From: a virus
Lineage: Duplodnaviria; Caudoviricetes
Reading direction: 5' to 3' (one strand)
DNA length: 36,694 bases
Virus record (IMG/VR): IMGVR_UViG_3300014199_000367
Location: 1 to 36,694 of that record
The notes below the pieces were generated by a model that saw nothing but the letters and a program-made list of their open reading frames with translations, was not told the DNA's origin and made no database searches. The first letter of the stretch is position 1. Each line of letters begins with the position of its first letter. This document shows, in pieces, positions 27,592 through 35,288 of the stretch. Position numbers and translations under genes: made by a program.

Positions 27592-27812
27592 TTTTAGGTT
27601 GTCTCGTACCCATTGAAAAAGTTGCCGCGCGCGCCGGTGGATACTGATCTGGAAGCGTGCGGTTGGCACTGCTGACGTTCTGGCCATTCGGCTGGCTCGT
27701 CGCCAGCAAACAGAACACCCTGTTCCCTCATAGCCCTATTCCCCATTCTGGATGCTGTACAGCCAGCCAGAACGCCAGCAAGTGCCGCCGCCGATTGCGA
27801 CGAGACTTAAAA
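27592..27812 (-). ncRNA. Candidate structured leader RNA in early leftward operon
   Basis: 20/21-nt imperfect inverted repeat 27665-27684 / 27766-27786, outer GTCTCGT/ACGAGAC pair, internal hairpins. Confidence 0.35.
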
Positions 27813-27969
27813 AATATCCCGGTCCACGCGCGCGCGATGACGCCGCCTTTGCATTCACAACCGCAATCGCGCATGGCCAGGAAAGTGTTCATCGTAAATT
27901 TGTAGCCGCCATAAGTTGCTTTAATTAGTAAGTCGGCACAGTTCGAGCGTTGCCATTTTTTCCTGCTGG

Positions 27970-28185
27970 CTATTCGTCTTTCAACACCTCGACCCGCACA
28001 CCCACCAATCCCTTGATATCTCTGATTTTTAACAGCGAAGCGCTCTCCACGAATTTGCCCTGGCTGATGCCAAGATGCTTGGCTCCGCGTCTGATGGCGT
28101 CCGCCGCCTCGCGGTGGACCCTGATGTACATACCCACCTTATTGTTCTTCCGGACCTTTGCCGGTTGCAGGGTGATTTGTAGCAT
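27970..28185 (-). CDS. Small ribbon-helix-helix-like regulator (first gene of leftward operon)
   Basis: 71 aa, beta-strand MYIRV followed by helices (EAADAIRRGAKHLGISQGKFVE). Confidence 0.55.
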   Translation of the reverse strand: MLQITLQPAKVRKNNKVGMYIRVHREAADAIRRGAKHLGISQGKFVESASLLKIRDIKGLVGVRVEVLKDE

Positions 28186-28338
28186 GAAAACGACTGTATA
28201 TCGTCTGATATACGCTTGGAAGCAAAATTAGTTGCCGTGTATATACGAATATGCTAGAACCTGCGGCTATGTAATCACTTCCGCAAAAAATAATTATTGA
28301 CGTGATATACATTTTGCGCTTATTCTCAAGCCCAGACC
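28186..28338. promoter_or_regulatory. Divergent promoter/operator (immunity-like) region
   Basis: AT-rich; GTATATC-gtct-GATATAC (28196-28213), GTATATAC (28239-28246), GATATAC (28304-28310); rightward TTGACG-N18-TATTCT (28297-28326); leftward TTCCAA-N17-TACAGT 7 nt before ATG 28185. Confidence 0.7.
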
Positions 28339-28572
28339 ATGAGCACCAAAACCCCAAAACAAATCCGGCTCTCCCCCGAAGGCCGATTCTTCCTCGACAC
28401 CTGCAAGAGCAACACCCAATACACGGACACTAAGATCATGGAGTTGTGCCTTGCCCTTCACGCGCTGACGCTCGGACGCGAAGTCCGCCGCGCCCACGAA
28501 TTCCTTTACCAAAACCTCGTCCAAGCAGTTCAAGACCGGGCGCGCACGGAACCGCCAGCCCCGGCACATTAA
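28339..28572 (+). CDS. Small ribbon-helix-helix-like (Arc/Mnt-type) regulator
   Basis: 77 aa, KTPKQIRLSPEGRFFLD...TDTKIMELCL strand-helix-helix pattern. Confidence 0.55.
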   Translation: MSTKTPKQIRLSPEGRFFLDTCKSNTQYTDTKIMELCLALHALTLGREVRRAHEFLYQNLVQAVQDRARTEPPAPAH

Positions 28573-28597
28573 TTCCACTGACTAATCACAGGTTCTT

Positions 28598-28626
28598 TGC
28601 GCGCCCAATTGCATGTTGGGCGCGTA
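28598..28626 (+). other. Intergenic stem-loop
   Basis: TGCGCGCCCAA-ttgcatg-TTGGGCGCGTA. Confidence 0.45.
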
Positions 28627-28639
28627 GCTGTTTTCCACA

Positions 28640-28939
28640 ATGCAACACTACATCCTAGACCTTGGCGGGTCGCCCGTACCCGCGCATGACATTCAAACGT
28701 GGGCCGTCTGGTTTCAGACCGCCAACCTATCCGCCGGTTACGACGTGATCGGCGACAGCGTCATCCGCACCGACTTTCAGGGCTTCGCCCTGGAGTCGGC
28801 CATCCAGCCACACCTTTGGCTCACCAAAGTCATCGGCGGCCCGCTGGACCAAGTTCAAGACCGCTGCCCAGGCACACGCGAAGATGCCGCGGCCATGCAC
28901 GCCAGCATCTGCCAGCGCGTCCGGGCTTTAACCGAATAA
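28640..28939 (+). CDS. Hypothetical phage protein
   Basis: 99 aa, YILD...WAVWFQTA...T.F.G...TKVIGG..D pattern seen in phage unknowns. Confidence 0.7.
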   Translation: MQHYILDLGGSPVPAHDIQTWAVWFQTANLSAGYDVIGDSVIRTDFQGFALESAIQPHLWLTKVIGGPLDQVQDRCPGTREDAAAMHASICQRVRALTE

Positions 28940-28957
28940 ACCAACCACAGGAAATAC

Positions 28958-29452
28958 ATGAAGCATCGCCGTACGTTCACCACCGAATTTAAACTCGCCG
29001 CCGTCAAACGCTGCGACACCGAAGCCATTGGCGCCGTCGCCAAGGATCTTGGAATTGTTCGCAGCCTCCTCGACCGCTGGCGGTCACAGGTCGCCAACGG
29101 TCAACTTACACCGGCCGTCACGTCCCAGGCTCCCGTGGTCGCCACTCCCACGCTCGCCATGGCCACGGTCAAACGCAGCAAGCCAACCCCGGATTCCGTG
29201 CGCCAAGAAGCCATCCAACGCATCGAAAATGGAGAGAAGCCCAAAGCAGTCGCCGAATTCCTCGGCATTAAAGCTTCTCGCATCTACAGTTGGATGTGGA
29301 CCCACAAGAAGATCGCAGCTAAATCCGTCAGGCTGGCCACCACACCCCTGCCCCAGCCACAGAACATCCTGAATTTCTGTCCCCACTGCGGAATGCCGCT
29401 CGCAGCCGTGAACAGAGCGCTAAACGCCATTGCGGCAATCAATCCCCGTTAA
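28958..29452 (+). CDS. Double-HTH DNA-binding protein (IS3 OrfA-like HTH) with C-terminal CPHC motif
   Basis: RRTFTTEFKLAAV...VAKDLGI..SLLDRW, a second HTH KAVAEFLGI, and FCPHCG. Confidence 0.7.
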   Translation: MKHRRTFTTEFKLAAVKRCDTEAIGAVAKDLGIVRSLLDRWRSQVANGQLTPAVTSQAPVVATPTLAMATVKRSKPTPDSVRQEAIQRIENGEKPKAVAEFLGIKASRIYSWMWTHKKIAAKSVRLATTPLPQPQNILNFCPHCGMPLAAVNRALNAIAAINPR

Positions 29453-29459
29453 ACGAACA

Positions 29460-29834
29460 ATGAACACAAACCTCACCCGCTGGCAGCTTCCGCCTCAGCC
29501 CGACAGATACGAGGACAACCGATTCATCAACTTCCTGTCTGACCCCGACGATTACCATGTGATTCTGCTCGCCAGCATGGGCATGTCCTACAGAGTCATC
29601 GCCCAACAGACCGGCCTGAGCTACGCGCAAATCAGCTACCGGCTGCACCGCGCCAACGAGCACCGCCAGCCGTGGGACAAAATCAGCGCCTACAATTTCC
29701 GCAACGGCGTCAGCGAATCCAGCCAAGCCGTCATTCGCCTGGCTGCCAAACGCGTCAGCCAGATCATCGAACCCAGCCTGCGCCGCAACCTGGCCATAGA
29801 CGTGGGCATCGGCAACGGCAATCAGCGCCATTAA
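29460..29834 (+). CDS. HTH DNA-binding protein (sigma-70 region 4/LuxR-like)
   Basis: VILLASMGMSYRVIAQQTGLSYAQISYRL. Confidence 0.65.
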   Translation: MNTNLTRWQLPPQPDRYEDNRFINFLSDPDDYHVILLASMGMSYRVIAQQTGLSYAQISYRLHRANEHRQPWDKISAYNFRNGVSESSQAVIRLAAKRVSQIIEPSLRRNLAIDVGIGNGNQRH

Positions 29835-29837
29835 CCC

Positions 29838-30446
29838 ATGAACTTCACCAGTCCGTTTACGCGCCTGCCCCGGTCCCTGGATGATCTGATGGCTGGTGCC
29901 GAATCTTTCGCCAACCAGCGCATGTGCAAGCCCGGCCACGTAAACCCCGCCTTTTTCTTCATCAGTGAGGACGGCACGCCCGGAGCCATGTTCTTCCAAA
30001 ACGGCGAATTCAACGAAGCGCAAAAGGCATGGTTCGCCGATACCTGCCGCTTCGTCGCCGTCGCCACCGCCGCCAGCGCCTGCTGCCTCGTGCTGGAAGT
30101 GTGGGTAAGCACCGGTCATTTGCCGCCTGACGCCGACCCCGAAACGTACGAGCCGGAAGTCATGCCGTCCCAAAATCCCGACCGGCAGGAAATCATCCTC
30201 ATCCAAGGCGAAACACGCGAAGCCGTCAAAAGCCATGCCCTGAAAATCGTGCGCTACGACAACGGCACATTCGCCAGCCTCGTCGCGCCGGACGTTCCCT
30301 TGTTCAGCACCGACAGCGGCTGGCAAATCTCCGGCAGGTTCACGCACCTGCTTACGGGCGTCGTTCCTCCCCCCTCAATGCGCGCCGCCGCCAAAGTGTT
30401 CCTTGAACTCCACGGCGTCCAGTACAACCGCCTCTTCCTCAAATGA
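29838..30446 (+). CDS. Hypothetical protein
   Basis: 202 aa, tightly coupled to upstream gene, LEVW...PSQNPDRQEII motif. Confidence 0.7.
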   Translation: MNFTSPFTRLPRSLDDLMAGAESFANQRMCKPGHVNPAFFFISEDGTPGAMFFQNGEFNEAQKAWFADTCRFVAVATAASACCLVLEVWVSTGHLPPDADPETYEPEVMPSQNPDRQEIILIQGETREAVKSHALKIVRYDNGTFASLVAPDVPLFSTDSGWQISGRFTHLLTGVVPPPSMRAAAKVFLELHGVQYNRLFLK

Positions 30447-30591
30447 CCGCCGAAAACTTGCCTGCGCTCGCCGCTGGCCGTTGACACCGCCAACATCAAC
30501 GGCTCCCGAGGTTCGTAAAAATTGGTTAATATCCCACCATCGAGGACTTTACAACTCTGTGTGTTTCTGCAACAATCCCATCACATTCTCC

Positions 30592-30768
30592 ATGGAAGAG
30601 CCGAACGCACCCCGGAAAGAACGGGACGAACCGCCGCCCGTTGACGTAGATTGTCAAGTTGACTGCGGTCCATTTAGGTGTGTGGCGCGATATACGGCCG
30701 ACGGTAGATGGATTGACCTATACACTGGTAAGGAAATCGAGAATGTGATTTCTTGGCGGGTACTCTAG
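30592..30768 (+). CDS. Small hypothetical protein
   Basis: 58 aa from ATG 30592 (VDCGPFRCVARYTADGRWID); preceded by TTTACA-N17-AACAAT promoter-like sequence. Confidence 0.55.
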   Translation: MEEPNAPRKERDEPPPVDVDCQVDCGPFRCVARYTADGRWIDLYTGKEIENVISWRVL

Positions 30769-30914
30769 TCGGATTTGTTCAAAGCAAAATTTCGCTGTTC
30801 GTTTAGGGTTGGCATAGAGGCTTTGCTTGCAGCGCGGGAGAGAACAGCGATCCCCCTAAACCGCGTTGCCCTTCTGAGCGCCTTGGTGAAGGCGTATTAA
30901 ACCTCATCACTCTG

Positions 30915-30940
30915 AAGGCCGGGCGCAAGCCCGGCCTTTT
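30915..30940 (+). terminator. Rho-independent terminator
   Basis: AAGGCCGGGC-GCAA-GCCCGGCCTT-TT, GNRA loop, between convergent operons. Confidence 0.8.
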
Positions 30941-30980
30941 GCTTTTCATATCTCGAAGAGCGTGCGAAACTGCTCTCCGC

Positions 30981-33608
30981 TTACTGGCCGCAGGTGTTTG
31001 TGGTAACGACCATCGAGAAATAATCCGCATTATCGTTATCTCCCCAAAATATTACATCCACGGTATTGGTGCCAGCTACAAGGTTCGGGAGCGGACTAAA
31101 GAGCTGCCCGCTTTGGCTTTGCATTCCCCAGGAGGCCCAAGTGTTGGAGTACACCTCGCTCGGGTTCTGGTTCACGTTTGTGCTGTTTATAAACAACATG
31201 TAGCCGTTGTCAATCGCAGTGGAGTAAACCACGTTTGAAAGCTGCTGCGGCGTGTAGCCGGTCAGGTTCAGGGTACAGTGCGCCCAAATGGTATGAGCGT
31301 TCGTCCAAGCCCAAACCGGGTTGGTGTTGACGGTGATGGGAGGCAATGGCGGCAGGTCGGGGAATGTGGCGTTGTACCGAGCCGCATAATTCGCGGGATC
31401 ACTGAACGGTCCAGTCACCCAGTTGGTGAACACCGGGGCCACCATGTTCGGTGGGTTGGTGTAGATGGTGAACACCGGCACGTTCGTGTTTATATTTGCC
31501 GGACTAAGCTCATTCCAATCCGTTACGTACCAAAGGGAGTTGGGAGCAATCAAATCAGCGCTTTGAGCCGTTTGACGATTCGTGTTGGAAAACGCGGATT
31601 GATACGTAAGCCCGGAATACCCGTCGGTAAAATCCAGCGCCACCACGTAGTAATAAGTCTGTCCCGGCGAAGCACTGTTATCCCAATAGGCCCACGCCCC
31701 GGAAGTCGGGTTGGTGGCAATCAGCGAAAACGGTCCGTTCGGATTGGTGGAGCGGCCAACCACAAAAACCGTGTTGCCAAGCCCGTTTTGCAGCAGCGCC
31801 GTAGTGGTGCTGTCCTCCGTCCATTCCAGCGCCGCCGAACCGCCAAAGAGGTCGCATTGGCCGGAAAGGTATGGAGCGCCCACAACGTAAATCGTCACCG
31901 TGGCGGGTGACGATGTCCAAACCCCGTCGCTCGCGGTATATTGAAACGAATCGGTCCCCTCGAAATTCCGGTTCGGCGTGTAGGTCAAATCCAGGCCCGA
32001 ACCGGTCAGCGTTCCGTGTGCGGGGCCGCTGGTCACTGAACTGGTCCAGCGGTTGGATTCCACGCAGCCATCAGAATCCCCCGCGTTCAGTGCGATCACC
32101 ACGGGAATATTTGTGCTCGTTAGCACGTTCTGGGTATTGGCGGTGATGCCCGTGTCGCCCACAGTCACCGTGACGACATTCGTGGCCCAATCACCGGTGG
32201 ATGCCGTAACAAGGTACATAAAACTGTCCGTGCCGGTGAAATTGGTGCCGGTGGGAGTGTACACGCAGGCATTGCCGGAAAGCCCCGTTATTTGGCCATG
32301 CGCCGGATTCACGACAATGATATAGGTAAGCGACTCGTTGCAAGAGTCCCCGCCGGACAGCGACACGGTCACGGGCGTACCGCTGCACGTCTGCACCTGA
32401 ACGGCGTTGGCGGTAACTGGGTCGGAAACATATAACGTGACGACGGCCGGCGCGGAAGAGTAGTCGCCACTGGTGGCAGTGTAGGCGAAGCTGTCTATCC
32501 CTTCAAAAGAAGCGGCTGGCGTATAAGTGACCCAGCCCGATGAATCAATCGAAACGGTTCCGTGCATGACATTCGTTACAACGGTATAACTTAGCGGCAG
32601 ACCGCTGGGGTCGTCTACGTTCACGTAGAAACCGCCCCATGAGTTTGGACAAAAATGCTCGTTATCGCCGTAAGCGTAGGGATATAATTCCGGATTCGCG
32701 GTCAAAACATTACTAGCGTAGTAATATGATGGGTCAATCAGGTAATTCGTATTTTGAACTAACGTCAAAACAATGGATTTGTCGGGCGTGATTCCAACGT
32801 CGCTGGGTACGATTTGAATGTATGCGTACCCCGAATCGGCGGGGATAGTAATCGCAGTGCCGATGGCGGCATAATCAGTGCCATTCGTAGCGGTGCCTGA
32901 TATGCCGTAATAAACGGTCACATTATTGGTCGGCGTAGCCTCGTCATAAACACGAAAAAAGCCATCTTGTCCAGAGACAGCGTTGGTCGGTTCGACCGCA
33001 GATTGAGTTGCTTCAATTTCGATAACCGGATATGCATGGTGAGCCCTGAAAAACATCGCGGTGCCGTTCGTGATGGAAACCAGGGACGAAAAAGCCGTTT
33101 CCCCGGCCGACGCGCCAATAATAATCTGCCCCAAATCCCACGAGTCGTTCGCTAGGTTCGTCGTGGAGAGCAGTTGGTAATTGTCGCCATTGGTGGTGTT
33201 ATGCAGGGTAAATCCAAGATTGCCGCCCCCTTGGTTGGTTAATCCGATCCATAGCCCGTTGGTGTAATTAATGGGCTGACCGACCCCGTCCGAAATGGGA
33301 CTCGAATTGGTTGTGCCGCCGTCTCCGCCAGGCAGCGGAGGAAGTCCCGCGTCCTCCGCTTGAACCCCTGCCGCCATTGTTTGAGAACCTGAACCGTCTT
33401 CCACGAGGTAAACCCCCGGCGAAACTTGAACAACCGGCACGGAACTGCCGCATGGGTCGAACGGCAACGGCGCGGAGCCGACGCCGCCGACCGATTGCAA
33501 ATAATAAACACTACCCGAGGCCCCTTCCGCGTGGACCAGCGGCGCAAGGCATAATGCCGCCCATGGCACGGCAGCGGTCAGGAGTAGTTTTATCAGGTTT
33601 CTTTTCAT
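30981..33608 (-). CDS. Secreted/surface protein with Calx-beta-like, three cadherin/Ig-like (Big_9-type) and FN3-like domains
   Basis: Signal peptide MKRNLIKLLLTAAVPWAALCLAPLVHA; GTATNGTDY; three HG...YTP...F.G.DSF.Y repeats; PGQTYYYVV. Confidence 0.8.
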   Translation of the reverse strand: MKRNLIKLLLTAAVPWAALCLAPLVHAEGASGSVYYLQSVGGVGSAPLPFDPCGSSVPVVQVSPGVYLVEDGSGSQTMAAGVQAEDAGLPPLPGGDGGTTNSSPISDGVGQPINYTNGLWIGLTNQGGGNLGFTLHNTTNGDNYQLLSTTNLANDSWDLGQIIIGASAGETAFSSLVSITNGTAMFFRAHHAYPVIEIEATQSAVEPTNAVSGQDGFFRVYDEATPTNNVTVYYGISGTATNGTDYAAIGTAITIPADSGYAYIQIVPSDVGITPDKSIVLTLVQNTNYLIDPSYYYASNVLTANPELYPYAYGDNEHFCPNSWGGFYVNVDDPSGLPLSYTVVTNVMHGTVSIDSSGWVTYTPAASFEGIDSFAYTATSGDYSSAPAVVTLYVSDPVTANAVQVQTCSGTPVTVSLSGGDSCNESLTYIIVVNPAHGQITGLSGNACVYTPTGTNFTGTDSFMYLVTASTGDWATNVVTVTVGDTGITANTQNVLTSTNIPVVIALNAGDSDGCVESNRWTSSVTSGPAHGTLTGSGLDLTYTPNRNFEGTDSFQYTASDGVWTSSPATVTIYVVGAPYLSGQCDLFGGSAALEWTEDSTTTALLQNGLGNTVFVVGRSTNPNGPFSLIATNPTSGAWAYWDNSASPGQTYYYVVALDFTDGYSGLTYQSAFSNTNRQTAQSADLIAPNSLWYVTDWNELSPANINTNVPVFTIYTNPPNMVAPVFTNWVTGPFSDPANYAARYNATFPDLPPLPPITVNTNPVWAWTNAHTIWAHCTLNLTGYTPQQLSNVVYSTAIDNGYMLFINSTNVNQNPSEVYSNTWASWGMQSQSGQLFSPLPNLVAGTNTVDVIFWGDNDNADYFSMVVTTNTCGQ

Positions 33609-33619
33609 AGTTCTATTTT

Positions 33620-34282
33620 TTACTTTTGCGTATGTTGCGCTTTCAGTTGTTGCGTTTTTCCCTTCAGACCAAAAATTCCGGCAACCAGCAAACCGCCCAT
33701 TGCCAATAATGCCAAATCCGACGGCTCTGGCGTGGCTACAATGCCTTCCCGAAACCACAAGTCAACGGGGGGAGTAAACGGATATCCGCCGCCGTATAAC
33801 TGCCCGTAGGGATAAGTGTGGTTTAATACGGCAACTGACCACACATTGTCCCCAGTAAGTTCGACTGGCGAAAGATAATAGGTTTGCCCTGGGGTTAAAG
33901 CGACTGGTGTTGAAAAATAAAAGTTTGTCACCCCTGAGAATGTAAGTTGGTCATTATTAAAGTCTGGCGGCAAATACACCCTCTCGGTACCTCCAAGAAA
34001 TGTGGGATTTTCTGGCGAGCCGCTGAAGAGGGCGACGCTCATCGTTGCTCCGCTGGTGTTTGAGTCGAGGTAATCCGATATTTCGAGCTGGACAACCCCA
34101 ATTGAGGAAAAAGTCGGCACGAACGATTCGTACAATGTCATTTTGTAAAGATCAAAAGTGTCGTAATTGATCTTTTCCGGCGTGGTGTCTGACTGTTGGT
34201 CATAGACCACGCCTTGACCATGCAGTCGTAATGCGGTCGCCAGGCAGAGCGCAACCGCCAATTTACATAAAGTGTTCTTCAT
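33620..34282 (-). CDS. PEP-CTERM sorting-domain surface protein (paralog 2)
   Basis: Signal peptide MKNTLCKLAVALCLATALRLHG; C-terminal TPEPSDLALLAMGGLLVAGIFGLKGK. Confidence 0.85.
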   Translation of the reverse strand: MKNTLCKLAVALCLATALRLHGQGVVYDQQSDTTPEKINYDTFDLYKMTLYESFVPTFSSIGVVQLEISDYLDSNTSGATMSVALFSGSPENPTFLGGTERVYLPPDFNNDQLTFSGVTNFYFSTPVALTPGQTYYLSPVELTGDNVWSVAVLNHTYPYGQLYGGGYPFTPPVDLWFREGIVATPEPSDLALLAMGGLLVAGIFGLKGKTQQLKAQHTQK

Positions 34283-34926
34283 AATTAGTTGTTGTGCATT
34301 TTTCCCTTCAGGCCCAAAATTCCTGCAACCAGCAAACCGCCCATTGCTAATAATGCCAAATCCGACGGTTCCGGCGTGGCTACAATGCCTTCCCGAAACC
34401 ACAAATCAGTTGTGGGCGTAAATGGGGTCCCTCCACCGTATAACTGCCCGTATTGGTATGTGTTGTCCGTTACAGCGACTGACCACACGTTATCTCCAGT
34501 AATTTCAACTGGCGAAATGTAATAGGTTTGCCCTGGGGTTAAGGCGATTGGCGTTGCATAATAAAAGTCGGCTATTCCTGAATATGCAATCCCGTCGTTA
34601 TGGAAATTAGTCGGCAACTGGACTCGTTCGGTGCCTCCAATTAACGTAGGGTCTTGCGGCGAGCCACTGTAGATGGCGACACTAATCGTTGCCCCACTGG
34701 TGCTCGTATCAGGATAGTCCGTCAATTCGAGTTGGACAAAGCCAATTGAGGAGAGAGTTGGCACAAATGCCTGCATCAATAGCTGACGGGAAATAATCAA
34801 ACTATCGTAATTGGCCGTTTCCGGCGTGGAGTCTGACTGTTGGTCATAGACCACGCCTTGACCATGCAGTCGCAATGCGGTTGCCAGGCAGAGCGCAACC
34901 GCCAATTTATCAAGATTGTTTTTCAT
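33645..34926. repeat. Tandem duplication, ~644-bp unit (the two PEP-CTERM genes)
   Basis: Near-identical DNA at 5' ends (~34175-34282 vs ~34820-34926) and 3' ends (~33655-33760 vs ~34300-34404), diverged middle. Confidence 0.85.
34285..34926 (-). CDS. PEP-CTERM sorting-domain surface protein (paralog 1)
   Basis: Signal peptide MKNNLDKLAVALCLATALRLHG; C-terminal TPEPSDLALLAMGGLLVAGILGLKGK. Confidence 0.85.
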   Translation of the reverse strand: MKNNLDKLAVALCLATALRLHGQGVVYDQQSDSTPETANYDSLIISRQLLMQAFVPTLSSIGFVQLELTDYPDTSTSGATISVAIYSGSPQDPTLIGGTERVQLPTNFHNDGIAYSGIADFYYATPIALTPGQTYYISPVEITGDNVWSVAVTDNTYQYGQLYGGGTPFTPTTDLWFREGIVATPEPSDLALLAMGGLLVAGILGLKGKMHNN

Positions 34927-35074
34927 AATCGCAATTAAGGCATAGCAGGCTCTACTAAAGAACTGTCCCGACTATTGGCACAATTCATAATTTGTTCAAT
35001 TAAAAACGAAAGATATTGTATTTTCTAATGCAATGCAGTAGTCATGTATCGGTTCCTGGGGCAACAATTCGCAC

Positions 35075-35103
35075 TTGCATAACCAAAGCGGTTAGCTTAA
35101 TGT
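35075..35103 (+). promoter_or_regulatory. Promoter with palindromic operator upstream of small basic gene and integrase
   Basis: TTGCAT -35-like box overlapped by TAACC-aaagc-GGTTA (35080-35094). Confidence 0.45.
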
Positions 35104-35147
35104 CAGCTCACCGGGGCAATCCCGCCCCAAACAATCGAAGGAAACGC

Positions 35148-35288
35148 ATGAAGAAAAAGAACAAGGCAGCCGTAGCCCTTGGCCGACTTGGCGGCAAAGC
35201 CAAGTCCGCAGCCAAAACCACCGCCGTCCGGGAGAACGGCAAACTCGGTGGACGCCCCCGCAAAACGCAACCCAAACCCCTCAAATGA
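35148..35288 (+). CDS. Small basic DNA-binding peptide (AT-hook-like GGRPRK), translationally coupled to integrase
   Basis: 46 aa MKKKNKAAVALGRLGGKAKSAAKTTAVRENGKLGGRPRK...; AAGGA SD; ATGA overlap with int. Confidence 0.7.
   Translation: MKKKNKAAVALGRLGGKAKSAAKTTAVRENGKLGGRPRKTQPKPLK

Noticed and set aside
28958-29452. IS3-family insertion sequence
   Set aside because: Only an OrfA-like HTH; no DDE OrfB, terminal inverted repeats or target duplication seen
30792-30870. Pistol or hammerhead ribozyme (UUAGGG/CCCUAA pairing)
   Set aside because: Conserved core nucleotides (UAAAUAG linker; CUGAUGA/GAAA) are absent; kept only as an unclassified RNA candidate
33609-34402. N-terminal extensions MVSGRHCSHA... 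on ORFs 30981-33758 and 33620-34402
   Set aside because: Out-of-frame read of the upstream PEP-CTERM 3' ends; the true starts at 33608 and 34282 give signal peptides
33620-34926. Diversity-generating retroelement TR/VR pair
   Set aside because: Both copies are full genes, differences are not adenine-restricted, and no reverse transcriptase is present in the window
34959-34973. Third copy of the late element (AGAACTGTCCCGACT, 13/15 match to one unit)
   Set aside because: Single half-copy without the flanking conserved bases; could be chance
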